Shown: piece by piece, positions 12,621 to 23,832 of the stretch
How the letters are laid out: every line of letters begins with the position of its first letter
Position numbering within the stretch: position 1 is the stretch's first letter
Source of the DNA: Octopus sinensis
Lineage: Eukaryota
Length of the DNA: 64,000 bases
Assembly (NCBI RefSeq): GCF_006345805.1
Contig: NC_043002.1
Coordinates: 24,738,001-24,802,000, forward strand
Reading direction: 5' to 3'
Notes under the pieces: generated by a model
Seen by the model: the letters and a program-made list of their open reading frames with translations, nothing else
Told to the model about the DNA's origin: nothing
The model's database searches: none
Program-made: the position numbers and the translations under genes

Positions 12621-12769
12621 AGAGTAGGGGCCGAAACCAGACATGGTTCCTCCTGATGATGTCTTGAGCTAATTGGATCCTATAAAGGAGCTGTTGTGGT
12701 AGCAGACCATGAAACACGGTTGTAATTCCTCCAAATGTTTGGAAAGTGAACAGTGTATGAGTCAGATAC

Positions 12770-13245
12770 ATGCTTGCGTGTGTATAGAGGGGAGAAAATC
12801 AGGTGTAGTGTTGGCGAATCTCAAGAAGCATGGAAATTTTGAAGGATGCAGTGCTCCGACAATTAACAACTGATGCCGGCAGTTTGTTCCATACTTCAGC
12901 AACTCTTAGCGTGAAAAAATGTTTCCGAAAGTCATGGGAGCTGTGCTGTTTTCTGACTTTGTAAACATGTCCACAGGTATTAGACAGGTGGAGTTTGAAA
13001 AGGTGCTCAGAGTTATTGTTTGTAAGATGGTTAATTATTTTATGGATGTCTGCAAGTTAGCTGCCAGACGTCCATGTATCCATGACCAGGGAAGTAAGGC
13101 ATTCAGAATATGGCAAATGCCTGACGGAGGGTATTCTCTTGGTTGCACGTCGTTGAACGGTTTCCAGACGATTAATATCCTGGGCAAGATAGGAGTTCCA
13201 GACCGGTGATGCAAATTCCAGGTGAGGTCCAGGTTGTATTTTGAA
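12770..13245 (-). mobile_element. CR1/L2-group LINE 3' fragment
   Basis: PHLEFASPVWNSYLAQDINRLETVQRRATKRIP...HFFTLRVAEVWNKLPASVVNC, typical of the post-RT C-terminal region of CR1-group ORF2. Confidence 0.85.
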
Positions 13246-14269
13246 GGCAGAGAAATTTGTGTGTATTTGATTCATTAAGTAGATAAAATCTTTAATACCA
13301 AATACTTTATTCATCATATAAAGATGTAACCTAACAACCGGCTTAAATAAGGGAGAGCACTCATCCATTATCAAATGAATGCAGGATCACAACTCAAATT
13401 CTACGACCAGAGCACTTACCTCCAAATTTCAGCCTTCTTCAAACGGAAGTGTTAAAAAAAAACAAAACAAAAGACTACTTTAGAACTTTTGCATCGTTTT
13501 CACAATAATGCAAGCAAGTGTCACAGCTTTGCTCCCCAGATACTGGTTACATTTGCGTGTTCACATATCCAAGAGTGTTCCGAATAAATGAATTTATTGT
13601 ATTTTATTTCATAGGCGGATGAAATATAGCAATACAAAGTTTAAGTTTCTTCGGCGGTTCACTTTACAAAATCGGACAAATGAATGAGCCTCTAAATGGT
13701 TACTCAAACTGTTAGAAATAACAGCTAAATTTCTCACAAAACACAGTCAGCTATTCTGAGGCAAGTAAAAAAACACGGTAGATAATGTAGTGATATATAC
13801 CTCTAAAAGAACGAGATGGTCACGGCTAGAATGCCTTTGATCATAGGTCTACTGGATCAAAGTTGACTTGGTGCTAAACAACAATATATCGCGGTCCACA
13901 ACAAAGAAGTAATGCAACAAAAACAATAAAAAGAACTTCTTTACATCTCATCAACAAGACAAAGAGACCACCACTCAGAATTAAATACAATAATATACTG
14001 GAAGCAAGTGACGAATTCACAATTATTTCTAAAAAGTTATTTTAAAAGTGGGAAAAGAAACCGCTTCAAAGTGAGAATTACTTCGCAGAAATTCATCAAC
14101 AATTTACACGTCATTATTCTGCGGTTGCACAAATGTTGACTATATATATATGTTCACTTATATTGCTATTGTTCAGAAAATCGCATCTATTGGCGCCTAC
14201 ATATAAATATACATAAATATTCACACATATACGTTTCTTCATATCCATAGCAAACAAAAGCTTTCTTAC

Positions 14270-14470
14270 CTCGAAATATCACTCTTTTCTACTTTATCTT
14301 CATTTTAACACTCCTCTGCAGTTAGTTATTGTACAGCAACGCATCCTCCCTAAGTGTCCCTGGTCTGCTGATACTACAGCAGTCTTTAATTGTCCACTAC
14401 GACCAACACAGAAGGTTTATCAACTTAGCAGCACAACATAGAATGAGGTGTCACTGACCGGAAGTATAGA
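14270..14470 (-). promoter_or_regulatory. Predicted promoter motif and non-coding exon 1, ZNF gene 1
   Basis: CTATACTTCCGGT (core 14457-14466); purine-rich leader ending ...GATATTTCGAG|GTAAGA (GT at 14269-14268). Confidence 0.6.
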
Positions 14471-14721
14471 GGAGGGAAAACTAACCGATACTACTATAGC
14501 TAAACACACACACGTACACACCTTCTATCTTTTACTTGTTTCAGTTATTGGACTGCGGTTAAGCTGAGGCGCTACCCCACCGTCGAACGAATTGACCCCA
14601 ATACTTTTTTTTAAGTCTGGTACTTATTGTTTCAGTCTCTTTTGCTAACTACGAAGGCGTTAACAAACCAGCACCGGTTGTCAAACTGTGGTGAGTGACA
14701 AAGATACACACACTCTCACAC

Positions 14722-14760
<39 letters not shown>

Positions 14761-14767
<7 letters not shown>

Positions 14768-14962
14768 CAAAATGGGATAAGAACGCAAAACATCCGGACA
14801 ACTAAGTGATACAAAAAGGGACAACAAAACATCCAGATAGACGATACAAAAAACAAGGACGGGTCATTCGAAGCTTTTTATCCTCAGTCAAGAACCGGAT
14901 CATCCTCGCAATTTCGGCTGATTATCTGGATGTTTTACGTTCTTGTCCCATTTTGTATTATA
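14761..14962. mobile_element. Small element with 40-bp terminal inverted repeats embedded in (TA)n (possibly Penelope-like fragment)
   Basis: 14761-14800 versus the reverse complement of 14923-14962 match at 36/40 positions. Confidence 0.6.
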
Positions 14963-15012
14963 TATATATAGCGGTGTACGTACACTTTGTTCTCTTATAT
15001 ATATATATATAT

Positions 15013-15460
15013 ATAGAATGGTTGTATACTGTCAATCTAACAAGAACGTGACAGTAGGGGGTACACCACCGCTGTATAGCCCCAGGAAGCATCGAACGCC
15101 TCCTGATGGCTTTGACACATTTTTCCCTATATACGAAGAGGAGACAAACACCCCCGGCTGCCGAAACTGCATCTAGGGACACGTGTTTCAGGATCGTTGT
15201 CCTTCATCGGCCTAGAGTAGCAGACACCGGTCAACCGGTGATATTTGTCTCGACTTCGTAATTGTATATATCTATACTCAGTGAAGTCTATTCACTGATT
15301 ATCAAAATAAGAAATATTGAATTTCTAAATCTCTCGTAGAGGGCTATACAGCGGTGGTGTACCCCCTACTGTCACGTTCTTGTTAGATTGACAGTATACA
15401 ACCATTCTATCGCCCCACCACCGTACATGTCTCTACGAGAGATTTAGAAATTCAATATTT

Positions 15461-15464
<4 letters not shown>
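15013..15464 (-). mobile_element. Penelope-like/retrozyme-like element with interleaved inverted repeats
   Basis: Perfect 70-bp inverted repeat (15013-15082 / 15341-15410) and perfect 34-bp inverted repeat (15308-15341 / 15431-15464); contains a hammerhead motif; flanked by (TA)n on both sides. Confidence 0.75.
15172..15216 (-). ncRNA. Type I hammerhead ribozyme motif (U4C core variant, palindromic stem III)
   Basis: Minus strand UCUAGG-CCGAUGA-AGGA-CAACGA-UCCU-GAAAC-ACGU-GUC-CCUAGA: 6-bp stem I, 4-bp stem II, GAAA box, GUC cleavage triplet. Confidence 0.8.
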
Positions 15465-15510
<46 letters not shown>

Positions 15511-15514
<4 letters not shown>

Positions 15515-16371
15515 AATAAAATAGAACATATGCATATATATAAACATATATGTACGTACCTACCTCTACATGTACATATACACGCATATATGTGTACAGG
15601 ACACCAAAAAGACGTCGAACACATAGAGAGACGAAAAACATAGACACAAACCAAGGAACAAGACAAGCAAAAAAAGAGATACAGGACAATAAGCACAACG
15701 AAAAATCCCCTTCTTCAGTCGCTAAGGTTTCATCTACTAAACGTTTCGAAGGATAAAAGCGAGACGTATACTTCGAAGAAAACTTCCTTCCTGCGAAAAG
15801 CAAATCAATTAAAATTCTGAGATCTTTTCGCAGAGGGGTAAAAAAGCAAGACGGTAACGACAGTACAAACATATAAACAGTAAAAAATATATATATAAAC
15901 AGTGGAAAAATAAATATATAACAGTGAGAGACAGGACAAGGAGAACAAGATAAGAAGGGCTGTTAACGCCAGACGAAAAAAGTATTGCAAACGCTGGATT
16001 ATAGTGGACGACGAGAGAGAAAGAATGTCGACCAGTAGCCTTAGAAGGCGGGCGAGAAAAGACAGGATAGCAGTTACGACGGAAGTATCGTCGCAGATGG
16101 ACGACGGGAATGGGGGAGGGGGGGGGGGCAAGAGGAAGAGAGAGAAGAAGGGGAATGGTGCGAGGAGACCATGAAGAACGGTGAGGGGGAGAGAGAGAGG
16201 AAGAGACAAGTTAAGTGAGGGAAAAAAGACGAAAAAGGGAATGGGAGAGAAAGAAAGAAAGATGCAGAGTCGCGTGAGAGTTAATATCAAGGCTAACTTG
16301 ATAAACAGAACAATCTTACTTAATAGGGTGCGTGCGTTTAGTCGTATAATATGTTAATAAAATAGAACATA

Positions 16372-16381
<10 letters not shown>
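15511..16381. mobile_element. 841-bp unit with 30-bp terminal direct repeat between (TA)n tracts (possibly Penelope-like)
   Basis: TGTTAATAAAATAGAACATATGCATATATA at 15511-15540 and 16352-16381; homologous to 4170-4900. Confidence 0.6.
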
Positions 16382-16443
<62 letters not shown>

Positions 16444-16629
16444 TATATATATATATATTATATATATATATATCATGTGATCGCGTGATTGACCAGATTA
16501 TCGGGTGTTATACATCGCTGGTCACAATGCACTTTGCGTCGTTTTAGCTTTCGAATAATGCCACGCCACTGGCTAGGCGAACACGCCAACACTCCCCGGC
16601 ATACCTTCCCATATGTACCTCCACCTCAA

Positions 16630-17280
16630 TTTTGTTTCCTCATAACTTTTGAGGAAAATGAATATTTTTCAATGAAATCGGAATTAGTGTTGAAAAAATT
16701 TTCCGAGGTGAAGAGTTTCGGAAAATTCTCAGGAGCCAGCTTTGTTTCCTCATAACTTTTGGAAAAATGGATATTTTTTAATGAAATTTTTTACAAATAC
16801 TTTTCAGAGTGTGTGAATTACGATATCGTTATCCAATATGGAAAAGAAGACTGGTGAATACTCACACAAACATACTGACATACGCTACAATTTTTTTTCT
16901 TTTTTTTTACAAAATTTTAAGTTTCATTTTATAGATATATATGTGACAGTATGTATGTGTGTGTGCGTGTGAGTGCTCACCAATTTTCTTGTTCATGTTA
17001 AATTACGATATAATCGTAATCTACGCATTCTGAAGGGTATTTATTGAAAAGTTTATTAAAAAATACCTATTTCTCTGAAAGTTTGAGTAAGTCAGGTCGA
17101 GTCGTCTGAATTTTCCGAAACTCCTTTCCCAACTCACGAAAAAAAAAATCTTTTTTTCACCACAAATTCTGGTATAATCAGAACCTACATCACCTGAAGA
17201 GTATTTGTTGAAAATTTCATTGAAAAATATCCATTTTTCTGGACGTTATGAGAAAATAAAATCGGGATAGCACACGTGTG
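16630..17280. mobile_element. Foldback-like non-autonomous element (family E)
   Basis: Repeated CTCATAACTTT...GAAAAATGGATATTTT units with an inverted copy at about 17190-17265; related pieces at about 37560-37700, 38470-38640, 50470-50820 and 63630-64000. Confidence 0.5.
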
Positions 17281-17605
17281 GAAGTATGCTCATCACTCTT
17301 ATCGGAAAGCTAGTCCGTTGCAGGGTTACTGTTTACAGCTGAGAGAAAAAGAGAGGGAGCAAAAATTCCAAACAAAGGAACAACAAAATGAGATAATTTT
17401 ATTATCAAACTAATTAGTTTGGAACTAAGAGAAATGAGAAGAATAAATTATTTGTTTTTGGACCCTGTCTTTCTTCGGAATGTGGGTGTCGAGTGGAAAG
17501 AAAGTGGAGAAAGACGAGGACAACCCGAAAAAATAAAAGGCCCAGTCTAGGTGAAAATACCTTTGTAGAGCTTGTGTATATGGTGGATAGTATATTTATA
17601 TATAG

Positions 17606-20063
17606 CAGTGGTTACCAACCTTTTTGTGATCGCGTACCACTTAGAGATTTCGTACAGCCGCCGCGTACCACTTGGTTCCAGAAAAATTCAATTCGATCAG
17701 ATATCAATTCAATCAGAAGTAGAAAACACAAATGAACTAACAACGAATAACACAACTCAATTGAATGCGAGGGCTGAATCTGTTCCTTCTCCACCAGCTG
17801 GTCAATGCAGGGCAAAACCTTGCTCACAGCGCATCGGAAATCATGGCCGGGCGCAGCAAGACGGTTCTGGCTCTTCGATTTGGTGGCCAGTAAGGCTGAG
17901 AACCCCTGCTCACACTCACACGTAGAGGAGAAAATCAGTAACTAGGGAACAGCGTGACGGGCTAGCGTAGGGTACGAGAAGGCCATGCTTAAGCAGAAGT
18001 TTATAGGAGAGCATTCTTTTATGTTTCATCTTTACTGTCTCGTCAGCCTGGATATCTATGAGTTCCTCTTGTTCCCCGGTCCCGACAGGCAACTCGGCTG
18101 GATCAACAGAGAATGGATTGGCGATGTAGGCACAGCATGTCACGTCCGGAAAGTAATGCATCAACTCAGTCTTGAACAATGAAAGGTGACGGACAATTAC
18201 TTGGGTAAATTCATCATTGGGTTCGCTTCAAGTGTAATCAGGAGTTCGAACATTCCGTAGCGTTTGCTCTCCACGTTCTTTAACCATAGATTCAACTTCC
18301 GGACAAATGCTCCCATCTTTGAGATGAACTCTGTGACAGTGCAGTTGGGCCCTTGAAACGGTAGGTTTAAGTAGTTGTAGGCTCCAAAAATGTCCAACAG
18401 GTATGCCGACCTTGAGATAAACTCCTCGTCCTCCAGATCTTTTAGAAAATCGTGTTCCTTCTCCGTGAAGAAAACAAGAAGTTTGTAACAGTACTTAGTG
18501 TGAATCTTCTCTTGTACTTTCGGGGTACAAGAAAGCAATCACTAGCCGTTGCTTTAATAATCCAGAAATTCTACCAGTCAGAAACAACAAGACGCAGACG
18601 TAAAAGATATATATACTACTTTATTCTCTAATGTGGTAACAGTAACAATAAGTGGTTATCTGGTATCCCTTTGGTATAAATGTGTCAGTGCTGAACCTTA
18701 TCGCTGTAAAATAAGAAAGTGTTCAAATGCAAAACGACACTGGTCAAAGATGGCGTCCGGAACAGGGAGAAGATGTGGTCTGCAACAATTTGGTTAAAGG
18801 CCTTTTGGTAAGGTGCTGCTAGAATCAAGTTCGGACGGAGAAAAAATATACGTGACCGTCGCCTTCAGTCGCTGCTTGCTGGACGCTGGTGGTCAACGTC
18901 TTACGATCCCCTTGCCTCGGCTAACTGCTACGTAGGCAGAAGGGTTCTTCTTCCGGTGGTGAAAGCACCAACCCCGCACGCGCGAAATACAAATGGACGG
19001 TGCGCGAGCGCGCGCCGTTGTATAGGATCACTACAAGTTCATCCATCAGTTCAAATAAACACCTCGTTGCATAACCCCGCGAGAGCCAGTGTGGTAGAGG
19101 AAACAGATGTGGTCGGAGCCGAAATCTTCGCAGAGCATCTTGAACAGCCGAGTATTTAAAGTCAACGTTTTGACGAAATTCACGATTCAGATAACACGGT
19201 TCAAGCATGATAAAAACTTTGGAGGGAGATCCTGAGAACAAAGAACGAATCTGTGTATGAAACAATGGACAGCGGTGGCGTTTGGTGACATAGCTTTCAC
19301 ATGAGCTTGAAAATCTGACTTTCGACCGAGCATAGATAGATCCCCATCAGTCGTGCATCCGACCAACTTTCCACAATCCAGTTCATTCTGCTTGAAGAAA
19401 TTGTCCAAAACGTCGAAAATATGCTTTCCTTTCGTTGTACTGGAAAACTCCTGGCTCAGCAATAATTCAGTCTTCACAGCATTATTCTGCATGAGGCGGA
19501 TGTAGGCAAGTAGTTGACAGCAGTTGGTGATGTCCGTCGATTCGTTGAGTTGAATAGCAAACTCGTACTTTGAGGCTCTCACTCCCTCATTCACTTGGTC
19601 GGCAATGTCGAACATCTCGATACGGTGCTGTACAGTGTTGTTAGAGACAGAAACACTCTCCAACTTCGCCGCCGTTCCCTCTCCAATCCCGTACCTGACC
19701 AAGGTCTTTGCCGCTGGCATGTCCGATAGACTCAGCAATAGTATGCGCCTTCATGTTTTTGGCCTCCAGGAGAACAACTTCATAGGATGCTTTCACAATT
19801 CCTGCTCTCTTCTGGTATATCTGGCCAGTCTTGTATATGCGTTGCCGCTTTACGTTCTCGCCAAGTCGCTGGAAGTAACCCTGGTCTCTGTCCTTCTTGT
19901 CCATGTGATTCGTCTCAAGATGACGTTTGAGCAGACTGGGTTTCATGGCTGCATTGGAAATGGACTTCATACAGAGTACACACTGCGGAAGAGCTTTTCC
20001 TCCACGTTCGATTGCAATGAAGCCATATTTTATGTACGCAGGGTCATAGTTTCGCTTCGGCAT
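17606..20063 (-). mobile_element. Decayed hAT (Buster/Charlie-type) transposon
   Basis: BED-finger N-terminus (CVLCMKSISNAAMKPSLLKRHLETNH), catalytic-region peptides FAIQLNESTD, GCTTDG and HCFIHR, C-terminal CEQGFS...QIQPSH; terminus CAGTGGTTACCAACC at 17606. Several frameshifts and stops; second terminal repeat not found. Confidence 0.9.
18484..19035 (-). mobile_element. Solo LTR (552 bp) inserted in the hAT transposase
   Basis: TGTA...TACA ends; 4-bp TSD AGTT (18480-18483, 19036-19039); AATAAA on the minus strand near 18620; removal restores the in-frame sequence ELMDELLVFFTEKEHDF. Confidence 0.85.
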
Positions 20064-20516
20064 GTTATCAAAACCCGTGGGAAAAAAAATTAATCAATCA
20101 AGAAATAAAGAAATATAAAAATAAAAAATATACAAAATAATATTAATAATAATAATGATATTATATACAATAAGAACATTATGAGTATGAAAGTAGCAAA
20201 TCGTTGCCAGATTACCTTGTGTAAGACAGTAAACATTTTCGTGAAGAAAAGATTAAGTATGTAATTGATAGGATGTGCTTCTTTGATAGGAAGTTTCTGA
20301 CATTTCGAACAAAGTCCTTCTCCAAGGGAAAGAAAATTTTGCATGTTCTTTCTTAATAAGGGACAGAAATAGACGGACCTCCTCGCCCACTCAAACTGTA
20401 TCACACACACAGATAGATACTTTCAACATTTGATTGAGTTGTGGTTGCACTGTCCTATATTGGGCATTTTAAACGGCGCGGAGCTCATACTTCTCCACGT
20501 CCGAACACATCCGATT

Positions 20517-20592
20517 TCTTCTTCTTCTTCTTCTTCTTCTTCTGAGAGAGAGAGAGAGAGAGAGCAAGAGAGAGAGAGAGAGAGAGAGAGAG
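20517..20592. repeat. (CTT)n(GA)n compound microsatellite
   Basis: Direct reading of the sequence. Confidence 0.9.
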
Positions 20593-20886
20593 GCGGGGGA
20601 GAAAGAAGAGGAAGAAAAGAAGACTGGACTGCTATTTTATTGATCGACACCGAAAGTAGGATTTGAAGCGAGAAAGAAGTGTGTAGTATAACACGAAACT
20701 GCATTTATTTATTTATTTTGTAATTTTCTCAACATAACCCTAATATGCACCCTCAAAACATAAATATGCATTTTAAAGAACTCATGAGGAAACAAAGTCA
20801 ATGGGGGTCACCACGCTGTAGTTATATCGATAATACATATTTTATTTCTAGAAAAAGACACTATGGTCAAGACTGGAACTTCTTTG

Positions 20887-21306
20887 GGATCTTTTCGGTT
20901 TGAACGGCGGTTTTTTCTAGCGGTGTCATATGAAATTGTCACCCATAATTATAACCATAGTATCGATCTATTGCATTTCAATCTGTTTCAGGGTTAGGGT
21001 TAGGGGTGGGGAAGGGTATCTTTTTTTCTTCACAAATGTAAATAAACCCAATCTGTTTTTTAAACGAGGGACATATTCATACGGCACAGAATGTTTTTTT
21101 TTTACCTCAATGGACGTCATTGATTGGTTGAAATTGCAAAAATTGGAGAAAAAACAACAACAAATATCTTACAAACTATAGAATTTTCTCAATAAAGCCA
21201 AGAGAAAAAGATGTTTTATAAACACATTCTACCAGTATACGAAGTTTAAAATTTTTTAGTTACCTAGAAATTATGTTAAAAACTGCCGTTCAAACTGAAA
21301 AGATCC
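20887..21306. mobile_element. MITE, 420 bp, TIR GGATCTTTTCGGTTTGAACGGC, 8-bp TSD
   Basis: TIRs at both ends; CTTCTTTG at 20879-20886 and 21307-21314; second copy at 52123-52540. Confidence 0.9.
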
Positions 21307-21490
21307 CTTCTTTGATCATAGGCCGACTGGATCAGTGCTGACTCGAAACTAAACAACCTTATATTTAATATCTGAAGAACGACAATTACTCGAAACGTTT
21401 CCTCCCCTTCGTTCCTCACAGTAAACGAAATAGTAAACCCTCACATTCCGGGTTTTACAATATATCGAACGTTGTTTATCAGTTAAACAT

Positions 21491-21686
21491 CACTGTACTT
21501 CCGGTCGATGATAACATGCGGGATTTTGCCACATTCAGTCAAATGGTTTATGACATTTAATGGTCAGATATCGAAACCACTGTGTATAATTTTAGTGGCT
21601 TGAACACCTTAGCAATGTTCAATAGTGCTAATGTTTTTAAGGAGCAGAGAATAGTAAAATAATCCAGAGAACATAGTTATACTGAG
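21491..21686 (+). promoter_or_regulatory. Predicted promoter motif and non-coding exon 1, ZNF gene 2
   Basis: CTGTACTTCCGGT (core 21496-21505); TTTTAAGGAGCAGAGAA...ACTGAG|GTGAGG (GT at 21687). Confidence 0.6.
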
Positions 21687-22111
21687 GTGAGGTAGCTTTC
21701 GTTTCATATGTTTATAATAGTTATTTCAAAATTAGTGTTGATGGTTTTTTTCTGAAAACAAACTTTCGTCCTCCTTAAACATTGCCAGCCCGACACAATG
21801 GTTTTAGCGTGGATCTCAAAAAAAGAATTGCCTTCAACGCGTTTTTATTGTTTTTTTAAAGCTTCCTTTCGATTTCTGAGAGTCCGCACCAGTCAATAAC
21901 ATTAATGCTTACTAACAAAATATTAATGAATGATGATAATTTTTATTCCCCGTAAAAGCTTAAGACAATATCAAAGGACGAAATGCAACACACAAAAGGA
22001 GGTGTTTACGTCAACTACAATAAAGATATGTCAAAAGATAAAAATAGAAATCAAAAGAATTTCAACAAATTTCGACATAACTACAGCCACTAATAGTAAT
22101 GCTTTCAAATT

Positions 22112-22290
22112 TTGGTACAAGGCCAGCAATTTTGGGACGTGGGGAAGTCGATTACATCGACCACAGTACTTGGCTGGTACTTATTTTATCGATCTCGAAA
22201 GGATGAAAGGCAAAGTCGATCTCGGCGGGATTTGAACTCAGAACATAAAGACAGCCGAAATGCTGCTAAGCATTTTGCCCGGCGTGCAAA
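22112..22290 (-). mobile_element. SINE family B (GCCTTTCATCCTTTCG.GGTCGATAAA core)
   Basis: Reverse copy of the unit at 50928-51326; others at about 35365-35500, 53945-54118, 54565-54750 and 62175-62360. Confidence 0.75.
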
Positions 22291-23832
22291 TGATTCTATG
22301 AACTACAAGAGTTGACGATATATCTATTTGTAATTAGAAGCTAATTAGAGTTGGAGAACGTTATATATATAGATAGATAGATAAACAATCATTAACTTCC
22401 TTTTCTCCATTTTCTTTTCTTTTAAATGGATATAAATTATGTGTGTGCATGTAATTTGTTTACATTTGAAGTATATACATTTATTTTATTCGCATTTGAA
22501 AGCCTGAATTGGCTCACTTTGTGAAAGTTTAAAACGATGTTTGAATTTCCAGTTGTTTTTCGCTCTGTATGCGTGGGTCGAACTAAGTTTAATGAGGCAG
22601 ATTTTCTACGGCCGAATATCCTTCCTGTTGCCAACACTCGCTTTCCAAACAAGGTAATATTTCATCATGGCCGGACATGTTTCGCCAATATGTTGGAAAT
22701 GAATGACACTGACGCTAATTCAATCATCTGTGATATCAAAACAAGGACACACATATATACATAACAGGCTGCTTTCGTTTCCTCTCACAAATCCACCTAT
22801 AAAGGCTTTGGTCAGCTTGGGGCTAAAGTAGAACCCTTGTCCAAGGTGCCACATTCAGACAGCCTGAAACCATGTAGTTGGGAAAAAATATTTAACCAGA
22901 GTGATGCGTAGTGGAATCGAACATGGAAACACATGATTTGAAACAGACCTCTTAAACCATGTAGTCATGCATGTACCAGGAGTCTTGATTTTCTGTATAT
23001 CTTATTTCCTGTGCTTACTGACCAAATTTTTGATTTGTGTTTTACTCAGCTCCATCCTCCGGTGGCACATAAAAAAACAACATCCGAGCGTGGCCGTTCG
23101 CCAGCCTCGTCTTGCACCTGTGTCGGTGGCACATAAAATCACCCACTACACTCTCGGAGTGGTTGGCGTTAGGAAGGGCATCCAGCTGTAGAAACACTGC
23201 CAGATCTGACTGGCCTGGTGCAGTCTTCGGGCTCCCCAGACCCCAGTTGAACCGTCCAACCCATGCTAGCATGGAAAGCGGACGTTAAATGATGATGATG
23301 ATGATGATAAACAAATTTACATTTGTTTTTATTAGGAGCATTTAAATGTGTATTGTATGATACAAACAAGAAGGTAGTATTTTTTTCAAATGTAACATTG
23401 TTGTTAGATTGCAACCCCTGCAAATTTCCCTTATTGAGGAGACCTATGATCAAACACATTATAGTCATAATCTTTTTGTCTTATTTTAGGTATTGCATAT
23501 ATATAGGAAACGTCTATTCTGTTTTAAGATACTAGAGTGTGATTTGAGGGAGATTTGGTTGTTTTATATTCTGCAGGTTAAATGATTACCTAGAGGTTTC
23601 CATAATGTTATCAGTATTAGTGATTTTAGCTTTTTAATAGTAATAGAAAGCACCAGTTGCCTATTTTTCAACATTGGACACATAAGTATACTTTCATTGC
23701 TCACACATTGTAAGTGTACATACTCATACAATCACACAAAGACATGTTATTTTTAATTACAGGCATGACTTAATTGGCAATTATATACTACATTACCTAC
23801 TACATACTAAGATTTGTTTTATTTAATTTCAG

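Noticed and set aside
13410-13455. Strong minus-strand donor GGAG|GTAAGT with a nearby ACTTCCG as an alternative exon of gene 1
   Set aside because: No matching acceptor or paralogous counterpart found; cannot be supported without transcripts.
15695-15750. Hammerhead in the 841-bp element and its relative near 4370-4430 (CTGAAGA and GAAAC boxes on the minus strand)
   Set aside because: No GAAA follows stem II in type I order, and the type II reading does not give a valid stem I.
20400-20460. Second terminal repeat of the hAT element (…GGTTGCACTG)
   Set aside because: Only 5 terminal bases match and no 8-bp TSD is shared with 17598-17605.
20991-21016. Interstitial telomere
   Set aside because: Only two TTAGGG units, internal to a MITE and present in both copies.
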